Assembly (NCBI GenBank): GCA_964461435.1
Contig: CAYWUI010000005.1
Coordinates: forward strand, 8,316-72,315
Direction: 5' to 3'
Origin: an uncultured Bacteroidales bacterium
GTDB lineage: Bacteria; Bacteroidota; Bacteroidia; Bacteroidales; UBA10428
DNA: 64,000 bases
Every line of letters starts with the position of its first letter. Within the stretch, counting starts at the first letter, position 1. Positions 18,788 to 27,026 of this stretch are shown in pieces. The translations under genes and the position numbers were made by a program. The notes under the pieces were generated by a model that made no database searches, had not been told where the DNA came from, and saw only the letters and a list, made by a program, of their open reading frames with translations.

Positions 18788-19969
18788 ATGAGCCATTCCA
18801 GTAAAATATTGGTTGTTGATGATGAGCCTTTAGGCAGGCAGTTGCTTGAAGCAATTCTCTATCCTGAAAATTTCGATATATATTATGCGGAAAACGGGAT
18901 GGAGGCATTTGAAAAAGCCCTGGAGCAGAAACCCGACCTTATCTTAATGGATGTAATGATGCCTGAAATGGACGGCTTTGAAGTTTGCAGGAAACTAAGA
19001 AACCACGAAATACTTGGAAATATCCCTATAATTTTAATTACTGCGCTTGATGACCGTGACTCCATGATAAAAGGACTTGATTCCGGGGCCAACGATTATA
19101 TATCAAAGCCATTTGACAGGATTGAAGTACTGGCAAAAGTAAAGAATATAATACAACTTGAAAGATATAAAAGGATGCATCAGGAAAGCGGAAAGCTTGG
19201 AGTCCGGGAAAAAAGGACAGCAAAACCGGATATCAGCTTTCATTATGCCGCTATGATTCAGAAATCATTATTGCCGTCAACGGAGCATATAAACAACATT
19301 TTGCCTCAGCATTTTATAATAACGCGTCCTCTTGAAACAATGAGCGGTATTACCTGCTCAATTTCAGAGAGGAATGATAATATTATTATAGTGCTTTGTG
19401 TTAAAAAATTGCTGCAGGATATATCTGATGTATTAATGAATATCATGGGTGTTACTCTTATAAATAAGATAGCATTTGAAAGTGATAGGCTTAATGCAGG
19501 GAAAATGCTGGATAATTTGAGAATTATAATCTTGGATAATGCAATAAATAAGGATGACGGATTTCATGCTATTAATGATTTGGATATTGCTTTGTGCATT
19601 ATTAATAAAACGAGTCTTAAAATTCAATATGCAGGATTTAATATGCCCTTATTTGTAATATCAGATAAAGGATTAAAAAGAATTGAGCCTGATAGTATAT
19701 ACGATAATGCACGGAATCAAGCCAATTATAAAAATATCGAAGTTAGTGCTGCCCGGAATGATAGCTTTTATATTTTTTCAAATAATTTACTCAGGTATTT
19801 TGAAGAAGATTACAGGGAGCCTGCCAGTGAAGACTTTATTACGCTTTTAGGCGAGCAAGAGAGTAAGGATATGAAAGAGCAGGAGAATTTTTTTAACAGA
19901 CTAATTGATAATGCTGCTTCGGGGGACAAAAAGCTGGAAGATATTATTTTAATAGGAGTAAGGGTGTAA
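18788..19969 (+). CDS. Response regulator (REC) fused to a degenerate SpoIIE/PP2C-like domain
   Basis: 393 aa. The REC domain is intact (VVDDEP, LILMDVMMPEMDG, ILITA, ISKPF). The C-terminal domain opens with the SpoIIE-typical AAMIQKSLLP, but the metal-binding Asp motifs appear substituted. Confidence 0.75.
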   Translation: MSHSSKILVVDDEPLGRQLLEAILYPENFDIYYAENGMEAFEKALEQKPDLILMDVMMPEMDGFEVCRKLRNHEILGNIPIILITALDDRDSMIKGLDSGANDYISKPFDRIEVLAKVKNIIQLERYKRMHQESGKLGVREKRTAKPDISFHYAAMIQKSLLPSTEHINNILPQHFIITRPLETMSGITCSISERNDNIIIVLCVKKLLQDISDVLMNIMGVTLINKIAFESDRLNAGKMLDNLRIIILDNAINKDDGFHAINDLDIALCIINKTSLKIQYAGFNMPLFVISDKGLKRIEPDSIYDNARNQANYKNIEVSAARNDSFYIFSNNLLRYFEEDYREPASEDFITLLGEQESKDMKEQENFFNRLIDNAASGDKKLEDIILIGVRV

Positions 19970-20072
19970 ATCTATTTAAAAAATTAAGATACTTCATCAT
20001 ACAAATACCAATTTCAGGACCTTTAACGCTCTGATCCTTATTACCTTCTTTATACGGACAAGTGGTCAGGAA

Positions 20073-21923
20073 GTGTCCTATTTTAATTCCGGTCCTTATA
20101 CAGGGAACGAAAATGGTAGAAGCATAATTTACAGCCCCTCAGATACTTTAAACACGGATAATAGACTCGGGAATAATAATAAATCGGAAAAGATTAATGA
20201 TTCATTAAAAGTAAGGACAAATAATAAACCCCTGGTGAAGGAGTTGCATGATTTGATTATAAATCCATCCGATAAGGATAATAAGGCCAATAAAGATAAG
20301 CAGCCTGCCGAATCTTCATTCTTAATGTATAATAACAGTATAATAAAGTCAATCAGGTTTAAGCAGGTGAATGTCTTTGGCCAATCGGTAACAGATACTT
20401 TGGGGACAGCCGCCACCTGGCTGGAAAGAAAAGGAAACCAGTTGCATTTTAATACAAATAAAAAAATATTGACAAACAGCCTGTTAATTAAAACAGGTGA
20501 GCCTCTGGATGCTTTGGTCCTTGCTGATAATGAGAGAATTATCAGGGAGTTGCCATATATTGAAGATGTAAGAATCCATATATATCCTGACACACCAAAT
20601 GCAGATACCGTGGATGTGGTTTTCGTCGTTAAAGACGTATGGTCTATAGGATTAGGACTAAAAATCAGCGATATAAAATCAGGTGAATTCGGGATATGGA
20701 ATAAGAATATTTTTGGATTTGGACATGAGAACCAGTATAACATATTCTGGAATATAAATGAACGACCGCTGTTAGGTTATGAGGGTATCTATAAGATTAA
20801 CAATATTGCAGGTAGTTTTATAGCCGGTGATTTCAGGTATCTGAAAAAGGATTTTACCGAATCATACAGAATAAACCTCGAGAGAAAATTTTTTACTCCC
20901 GACATCAAATATGCAGGTGGAGTAATTGTGGAATACAAAGACACGAGAACGAGCATTGAACTACTGGATACCATTATGGAAGATGAGCCTGTTCAGTACA
21001 ATTTGTACGATTTATGGATTGGCAGGGCATTTCAGATTAGAAATACGAAAAATCTTTTAACAAACAGCAGGACGAATATTATGCTGGCAGGAAAGATACT
21101 CAGGAAAAAATACTCTTCATGTCCTGCCACAACTTCAAACAGCCTGTATGAATTTCATGACAGGACTATAATTCTTGGAAGTGCTGCCCTGGCCAGGCAG
21201 GGTTACTTCAGGAGTAATTTGATATATAGCTTTGGCCAGACAGAAGATATTCCGTTTGGACTTCTGCTTCAAGTAATTGGAGGGATAGAATTTGGTGATT
21301 TCAATAACAGACCGTACCTTGGTTCCAGAATATCTCACGGAACCTATTTGTGGAAACTGGGGTATCTCTATAACAGACTGGAAATCGGGGGATTTTATTT
21401 TAATAATGCTTTTGAGCAGGGCATACTAAGCATTACCAATAACTATTTTACACATATAATTAATGGCGGCAGATTTAAGTACAGGTTTTTTACAAATATC
21501 AACTATAAAATAGGAATCAGGAGGTTTGATGATGAATACATCAGTATTGAAAACAAAGGTGGCATATCCGGTTTAAAAAGTGATTTATTGAAGGGAACTC
21601 AAAAATTTACGGTAAATATGCAGGTAAATGCCTTCTCTCCATATTATTTATACGGATTCAGATTTGTGTTCTTTGGTTCTGTAGATCTTGGGTTCATCGG
21701 ATCAAGCACTGACATGTTATTCTCAAACAGTCTTTATTCAGGAATTGGTGCCGGCATAAGGCTTAGAAATGAAAGACTTGTATTTAACACTTTTCAAATC
21801 AAATTAACTTATTATCCGGCAGTCCCTGCTGGAGCGGAGAGAGAGTATATCAGCGTTTCAGGTGAACAAAAGCTGAAACCTGAATATTTTTTTATTTCCG
21901 AACCGAAAATTATTGAATTCTGA
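20073..21923 (+). CDS. Omp85/BamA-like outer-membrane beta-barrel protein (start uncertain)
   Basis: 616 aa from the GTG at 20073. It has a POTRA-like segment (IKSIRFKQVNVFGQS...) and a long alternating beta-strand region ending in ...F. An in-frame signal-peptide-like stretch lies upstream with no canonical start codon. Confidence 0.55.
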   Translation: MSYFNSGPYTGNENGRSIIYSPSDTLNTDNRLGNNNKSEKINDSLKVRTNNKPLVKELHDLIINPSDKDNKANKDKQPAESSFLMYNNSIIKSIRFKQVNVFGQSVTDTLGTAATWLERKGNQLHFNTNKKILTNSLLIKTGEPLDALVLADNERIIRELPYIEDVRIHIYPDTPNADTVDVVFVVKDVWSIGLGLKISDIKSGEFGIWNKNIFGFGHENQYNIFWNINERPLLGYEGIYKINNIAGSFIAGDFRYLKKDFTESYRINLERKFFTPDIKYAGGVIVEYKDTRTSIELLDTIMEDEPVQYNLYDLWIGRAFQIRNTKNLLTNSRTNIMLAGKILRKKYSSCPATTSNSLYEFHDRTIILGSAALARQGYFRSNLIYSFGQTEDIPFGLLLQVIGGIEFGDFNNRPYLGSRISHGTYLWKLGYLYNRLEIGGFYFNNAFEQGILSITNNYFTHIINGGRFKYRFFTNINYKIGIRRFDDEYISIENKGGISGLKSDLLKGTQKFTVNMQVNAFSPYYLYGFRFVFFGSVDLGFIGSSTDMLFSNSLYSGIGAGIRLRNERLVFNTFQIKLTYYPAVPAGAEREYISVSGEQKLKPEYFFISEPKIIEF

Positions 21924-21930
21924 ACCGCTA

Positions 21931-21959
21931 AAAAGCATTCCTTCTGAGATGCTTTTTTT
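21931..21959 (+). terminator. Candidate rho-independent terminator after the Omp85-like gene
   Basis: AAAAGCAT (21931-21938) pairs with ATGCTTTT (21949-21956) around a 10-nt loop. A T-run continues to 21959. The stem is weak and AT-rich. Confidence 0.4.
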
Positions 21960-21970
21960 AATTTTGCAGA

Positions 21971-23311
21971 ATGCTACGTGCTAAAGTCAAATATAAATTA
22001 GTTGAAACAGGGAGATTCAGGCAGAAGCTCTTAATGTGGATCGGTAATTTTCCCGTATTCTGCTACATGGACAGTAACAATTACTATGACTCATGTAAAT
22101 CGGAGTTCTTTTATCATACTTATGATGCGATTGCAGCAGCAGGCTGTAATGATATGCTTGAACCGGTTGAAAATAATGCATTCTTTGAACTGAAGGAATA
22201 CGTTAACAAAAGGAAAGACTGGATATTTGGCTACCTCAGCTATGATCTGAAGAATGAAATTGAAAATTTAACTTCAGCAAATTATGATGGAATAGGATTT
22301 CCTGTCATAAATTTTTTTCAGCCACGCCTGGTCTTCACAATAAAGGGGAAAACACTGGAAATACATTACTTCGAGGATCAATATTCCAGAGATGAAATAG
22401 AACTGCTATTTGATTACATTAATAGCATGAAAATAACAGTACAGAATATTCATTATAATATAAATATTACTGCAAGGATGTCAAAAAAGGAATATATTGA
22501 CGCGGTAAACAGTATAAAGACTCATATATATAGAGGTGACATTTACGAGATTAATTATTGTCATGAATATTACTGTGAGAATATAAGGATGGATCCCTTA
22601 TTAATTTATAATTCGCTAAAAACAATTTCTCCGGTTCCCTTTTCATGCTTTTATAAATTATTTGACAAATTCCTTATTTCAGCAAGTCCTGAGAGATTTA
22701 TCAAGAAAGCCGGAAATAAAATTATTTCTCAGCCTATGAAAGGAACAATAAAAAGAAGTGACTATCAGGGAGCGGATGAAAGCCTGAAAAGTAAGTTGAG
22801 GCATGATCCTAAAGAGATTGCAGAAAATATAATGATAGTTGATCTTGTCAGAAATGATCTTTCAAAGACAGCGGCAATGGCAAGTGTAAAACTGGAAGAG
22901 ATATGCGGACTGTATTCATTCAGTCACGTTCATCAAATGGTTTCTACCATAAGTGCCTTGTTAAAAAGTGAAGATGATATTATTGATGCTATAAAAAATG
23001 CCTTTCCTATGGGGTCGATGACAGGCGCCCCAAAGGTAAAAGCTATGGAACTTATTGAAAAATATGAAAAAACCAAAAGAGGACTTTTCTCAGGAGCTGT
23101 CGGATATTTTTCACCGGATAATGATTTTGATTTTAATGTAGTAATTAGAAGTATCTTATATAATAATACGGGGCGATATTTGTCCTATATGGTTGGAAGT
23201 GCTATTACTGCGCAATCAGTACCTGAAAATGAGTATGAGGAATGCCTGTTAAAGGCTGAAGCTATCAATCAGGTTTTTAATCTTACAGTAAAGGAAATAT
23301 CTAATGCTTGA
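21971..23311 (+). CDS. pabB: Aminodeoxychorismate synthase component I (anthranilate synthase component I family)
   Basis: 446 aa with chorismate-binding family motifs (SPERF, MKGT.KR, DLVRNDL, PMGSMTGAPK, RGLFSGAVGY). The short N-terminus fits PabB rather than TrpE. Confidence 0.75.
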   Translation: MLRAKVKYKLVETGRFRQKLLMWIGNFPVFCYMDSNNYYDSCKSEFFYHTYDAIAAAGCNDMLEPVENNAFFELKEYVNKRKDWIFGYLSYDLKNEIENLTSANYDGIGFPVINFFQPRLVFTIKGKTLEIHYFEDQYSRDEIELLFDYINSMKITVQNIHYNINITARMSKKEYIDAVNSIKTHIYRGDIYEINYCHEYYCENIRMDPLLIYNSLKTISPVPFSCFYKLFDKFLISASPERFIKKAGNKIISQPMKGTIKRSDYQGADESLKSKLRHDPKEIAENIMIVDLVRNDLSKTAAMASVKLEEICGLYSFSHVHQMVSTISALLKSEDDIIDAIKNAFPMGSMTGAPKVKAMELIEKYEKTKRGLFSGAVGYFSPDNDFDFNVVIRSILYNNTGRYLSYMVGSAITAQSVPENEYEECLLKAEAINQVFNLTVKEISNA

Positions 23312-24638
23312 GAGATTTGATAAATATATCAGAGAGAATAACCTTTGCTCTCCCAATGATAAGTTATTACTGGGTGTAAGTGGAGGAGTAGATTCAATTG
23401 TAATGGCCGATCTCTTTATCGAGAAAAACTATAGGATAGGTATTGCTCACTGTAATTTCCAGCTGCGTGAAGAAGAATCAGAAGAGGATCAAAAATTTGT
23501 TGAAAAGCTGGCACTGATAAAAAAAATCCCTTTTTATACAAAAAGATTTGAAACTAAAGAGTATGCACGTGAAAACAGTATGTCTGTGCAGATGGCAGCT
23601 AGGGAATTGCGTTACAGATGGTTTGATGAAATAAGATCAAAATATGCATACAATTATATAGCAATAGGTCATAACCTGGATGATGTCGTGGAAACATTTT
23701 TTATCAACCTTAGCAGGGGAACCGGAATTAGAGGATTAACAGGTATAAAACCTGTTTTCGGAGATATTATAAGGCCAATACTCTTTGCCTCAAGAAAAGA
23801 GATATTATCATATGCAGAGAAAAGGAATCTTGATTTCCGTGAAGATTCGTCAAACATTGATACTATATATGTCAGAAATAAAATCAGACATAATATTATT
23901 CCCAGGTTCAATAAACTGACCCCTGATTTTAATAAGACTATTATTGAGACTATTGAAAGGTTAAGAGATGCTGAGATAATTCTTGACAATGCAATTAAAG
24001 GTATAAAATCTGAAATAATAATTGAACAGTCCTCAAACAGTATTTTAATTGACATTGATAAGTTAAAAGTGCTTAAACCAGTTTATACAGTGCTTTATGA
24101 GATTATAAAAGACTTCGGGTTTAATTATAAAACTGTTAAAAGTATTATATCCAGTCTTGCCGATACACCTGGGAAAAAATTCTATTCAAAAACGCACAGG
24201 ATTATCAAAGACCGGTCCTTTCTTATTGTTACAGATATTGAAAAGAGAGATTATTCCTCTGTAAAGATCAAAGCGGATGTTGCAGAAATTGCAGAACCTG
24301 TTTCTTTGAGCTTCAGCAAGTTTAATCGTCCTGAAAAATACAATATTCCAAAAGAAACAAAATATGCTGTCCTGGATTATAATAAAATCAGCTATCCACT
24401 TGAACTCAGGAAGTGGAGGCAGGGGGACAGGTTTATACCTTTAGGAATGAATAATCGCAAAAAATTAAGCAATTTCTTTATTGATTATAAACTATCGATT
24501 CCTGAAAAGGAAGCTGTCTGGATAATCACTTCAGGTGAAGATATAATATGGATAGTTAATTACAGGATTGATGAAAGATATAAGGTTGACAGAAATACTA
24601 CGGATATTCTTGTTATTGAATATAAAGAAAATGAGTGA
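23304..24638 (+). CDS. tilS: tRNA(Ile)-lysidine synthase
   Basis: 444 aa with the PP-loop SGGVDS, the HNLDD motif and a C-terminal TilS domain. It overlaps pabB by 8 nt. Confidence 0.9.
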   Translation: MLERFDKYIRENNLCSPNDKLLLGVSGGVDSIVMADLFIEKNYRIGIAHCNFQLREEESEEDQKFVEKLALIKKIPFYTKRFETKEYARENSMSVQMAARELRYRWFDEIRSKYAYNYIAIGHNLDDVVETFFINLSRGTGIRGLTGIKPVFGDIIRPILFASRKEILSYAEKRNLDFREDSSNIDTIYVRNKIRHNIIPRFNKLTPDFNKTIIETIERLRDAEIILDNAIKGIKSEIIIEQSSNSILIDIDKLKVLKPVYTVLYEIIKDFGFNYKTVKSIISSLADTPGKKFYSKTHRIIKDRSFLIVTDIEKRDYSSVKIKADVAEIAEPVSLSFSKFNRPEKYNIPKETKYAVLDYNKISYPLELRKWRQGDRFIPLGMNNRKKLSNFFIDYKLSIPEKEAVWIITSGEDIIWIVNYRIDERYKVDRNTTDILVIEYKENE

Positions 24639-25155
24639 GGAAAATAAGAAAAATAAAGAACTGGCTAATAAGCTGAACTCTGGTGATAGTTACCTTATCT
24701 TTGAAGCTTTGAAAGAGATTAAAGAAATTGGTAAAATAAATATTATACCGTATGTGTTTGATCTTATAAACGAAAATACTCCCGGTATTATAAAGAATGA
24801 TATATTACAGCTTATTTGTGATATTAAGGAACAAAGTGCTGCTCCTATGCTTGTTGATGCCATGCTTGCCAGGAAATTCGGTGAGGATACATCAAGCGTA
24901 ATTGCTACATTCTGGCAATCGAGACTGGATTTCAGCAATTATTTGCCCGCCTTCATAGGGATTTTTATCAAAGAAGACTACCAGACAGCTCTTGAAGCTT
25001 TCACAGTTGTTGAGGGTTCGATACACAATATCAGCAGGGAGATTCAACAGGAATGCATAGATATTTTGAAAACGGCTGCCAAATCAATTACGAAGATGAA
25101 AAGACCTCTATATGATGAATTGGTTAAAGTTGTCTCCGGTAATTATTTTGCATGA
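24631..25155 (+). CDS. Hypothetical alpha-helical (HEAT-like) protein
   Basis: I chose the internal ATG at 24631 (MSEENKKNKELA...), which overlaps the tilS stop as ATGAGTGA. The ORF-track start at 24568 lies inside tilS. No diagnostic motif was recognised. Confidence 0.45.
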   Translation: MSEENKKNKELANKLNSGDSYLIFEALKEIKEIGKINIIPYVFDLINENTPGIIKNDILQLICDIKEQSAAPMLVDAMLARKFGEDTSSVIATFWQSRLDFSNYLPAFIGIFIKEDYQTALEAFTVVEGSIHNISREIQQECIDILKTAAKSITKMKRPLYDELVKVVSGNYFA

Positions 25156-25851
25156 TTATAAACCAAACACCCTGTTGCCAATCCTGACAATTGTTGAACC
25201 CTCCTTAACAGCTAATTGATAATCATCTGACATACCCATTGATAATTCCTTAAAATATTCAGAAGACCTGAAAAAAGTATTTTTCAGTTCATTAAAGCAT
25301 TTTGCAAGGTAATTAAATTCGGCACCAATTAATGCCCAGTCATTAGTGAATGTTGCCATACCCATCAATCCGGCCACCCTGACATTCTTAAATTCTTTAT
25401 AATCCTCTGAACCTAAGGTGTCAGTAATTTCATTAAATGCCAGTCCGAATTTTGTTTCTTCTCTTGCTATTCTAAGCTGCAAAAGGCAATCTATAGTTCG
25501 ATTATTCCTTAGTGCCTCTTTATTTATGGTATCAAGAAGTTTTATACTGTCAACGGAATGTATCAGACTGACAAAAGGGGCAATATATTTTACTTTATTT
25601 GTTTGCAAGTGGCCAACCATATGCCATTCAATATCTTTTGGCAGGTTTTTGTACTTCCTTACCAGTTCCTGGACTTTATTTTCACCAAATACCCTGTGCC
25701 CGGCTTTATAAGCTTCCAGTATTATTTCTTCGGGTTTGGTTTTAGATACGGCAACAAGTTTTGTATTTGCAGGGAGTTCTTTAAGAATATTTTTTAAATT
25801 TTCTGAAATACTCATTGCAGTCACTGTTAAATTGAATTGCCAATTTTCCAT
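25156..25851 (-). CDS. YggS-family pyridoxal-phosphate homeostasis protein
   Basis: 231 aa with the VAVSKTKP Lys motif, WHMVGHLQTNK, and a length and layout typical of the YggS/PROSC family. Confidence 0.85.
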   Translation of the reverse strand: MENWQFNLTVTAMSISENLKNILKELPANTKLVAVSKTKPEEIILEAYKAGHRVFGENKVQELVRKYKNLPKDIEWHMVGHLQTNKVKYIAPFVSLIHSVDSIKLLDTINKEALRNNRTIDCLLQLRIAREETKFGLAFNEITDTLGSEDYKEFKNVRVAGLMGMATFTNDWALIGAEFNYLAKCFNELKNTFFRSSEYFKELSMGMSDDYQLAVKEGSTIVRIGNRVFGL

Positions 25852-25868
25852 AAAAGTAACAAAAAATT

Positions 25869-25898
25869 AAAAAAAAACCGACAGGCATTATCTGTCGG
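25869..25898 (-). terminator. Rho-independent terminator downstream of the 78-aa ORF
   Basis: CCGACAG (25878-25884) pairs with CTGTCGG (25892-25898) around a 7-nt loop. On the minus strand the hairpin is followed by nine U (A-run 25869-25877). Confidence 0.6.
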
Positions 25899-25929
25899 CT
25901 TTAATACAGTTCCTCGTCAAATTATGAGT

Positions 25930-26166
25930 CTATTTTACATTCTCTCTTTCCAATACTTTTTCTCTGTATTCCCTGGCGAATTTTACTATTTTCTGAACTA
26001 CCTCTTCTCTAACGTCAGTTTTTAAATTATCAAGACATTCGAGCAGATTATCGAGATCTTCATTTTCATCGTCAAATAATGATTCTAAAGCATGTATTTC
26101 AGAGAAATTTTTATTTGAAAGATTTTTAATAAGATCACAAAAGGTAGAAGTTCTATCCATAGGCAT
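25930..26166 (-). CDS. Small acidic hypothetical protein downstream of the ECF sigma factor
   Basis: 78 aa with no TM helix or Zn-finger motif, and D/E-rich (DDENEDLDNLLECLDNL). It sits in the position where an anti-sigma factor usually lies and is followed by a terminator. Confidence 0.4.
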   Translation of the reverse strand: MPMDRTSTFCDLIKNLSNKNFSEIHALESLFDDENEDLDNLLECLDNLKTDVREEVVQKIVKFAREYREKVLERENVK

Positions 26167-26249
26167 ATTATATTTTTGGTAAACATTGAATTAGTTTTAT
26201 AGATTAACGACTCAATTAAAAAAATATTGTTTGAGGGCAAATTATTTTT

Positions 26250-26840
26250 TTACTGCATGGTCAAACTCAGATTTTTTTCACGTACAAGTTTTCTCAGGTT
26301 AATAAGTGCATATCTCATTCTTCCCAGGGCTGTATTAATACTGACATTTGTATGCTCGGCAATCTCCTTAAAACTTAGTCCGCAATAATGCCTTAAAAGA
26401 ATTACTTCTTTTTGATCAAAGGGCAGCTCATCAATAAGGTTTTTGATATCTTTTGTTATCTGATTACCAATCAGATGTTCTTCAATGTTTATGCCTGAGA
26501 ATTTTCTGGAATTGAATATATCGACCTGAAAGTCTTCCCTTGACACAGCATTTAGCTGTTTTATCTTTCTGTAATGGTCAATAGTCAGATTATGGGCTAT
26601 TCGTATAACCCAGGAAAGGAACTTGCCATTTTCCTTGTACTTACCGTCTAACAGGGATTTTATCACTTTAATGAAAGTATCCTGAAAAAGGTCTTCAGCC
26701 AGATGCTGATTTTTGACAATCAATAATATATAAGTATATACCTTTGATCTATATTTATTGACTAGTAGTTCAATGCCGGAATTATCACCACTCATGAACT
26801 GTTTAACGAGCTCATAATCAGAGCGATTATGGGTATTCAA
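26250..26840 (-). CDS. ECF-type RNA polymerase sigma-70 family factor
   Basis: 196 aa with region 2 (DLFQDTFIKV...) and a region 4 HTH (SFKEIAEHTNVSINTALGRMRYA). The start codon is TTG at 26840, preceded by AGGAGG at 5-nt spacing. Confidence 0.8.
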   Translation of the reverse strand: MNTHNRSDYELVKQFMSGDNSGIELLVNKYRSKVYTYILLIVKNQHLAEDLFQDTFIKVIKSLLDGKYKENGKFLSWVIRIAHNLTIDHYRKIKQLNAVSREDFQVDIFNSRKFSGINIEEHLIGNQITKDIKNLIDELPFDQKEVILLRHYCGLSFKEIAEHTNVSINTALGRMRYALINLRKLVREKNLSLTMQ

Positions 26841-27026
26841 AACTACCTCCTTTTTAAATTATAATTTAATAGTGGTAGATATTACTCGATAAACAGTCCT
26901 CCTATTTTAGGGTATTAAAAAAATATATCGCAAGTAAAGGATTTTTTAATATAATCCAATAATTTTATTCGTTAAAAATAGTTAAAATTTATTAAAATTC
27001 AAATTACTTAATAATTACAGCAGAGA

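Noticed and set aside
20129-20743. 204-aa ORF antisense to the Omp85-like gene. The same applies to other long antisense or overlapping ORFs, such as 10325..10753, 10750..11229, 45739..46143, 41566..41946, 23669..24055 and 8626..9000.
   Set aside because: All lie entirely inside well-supported genes on the opposite strand or in another frame. They have low-complexity or Ser/Leu/Ile-rich translations with no motifs, which is typical of shadow ORFs in AT-rich DNA.
21959-21971. TAATTTTG box only 4 nt upstream of the pabB ATG, hinting at a leaderless mRNA.
   Set aside because: The box overlaps the T-run of the upstream terminator, so the match may be coincidental. It cannot be supported without transcription-start-site data.
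25153-25158. The convergent genes (HEAT-like gene and YggS-family gene) have directly abutting stop codons with no intergenic spacer or terminator.
   Set aside because: This is unusual-looking but carries no functional signal by itself. It is likely just compact genome organisation.
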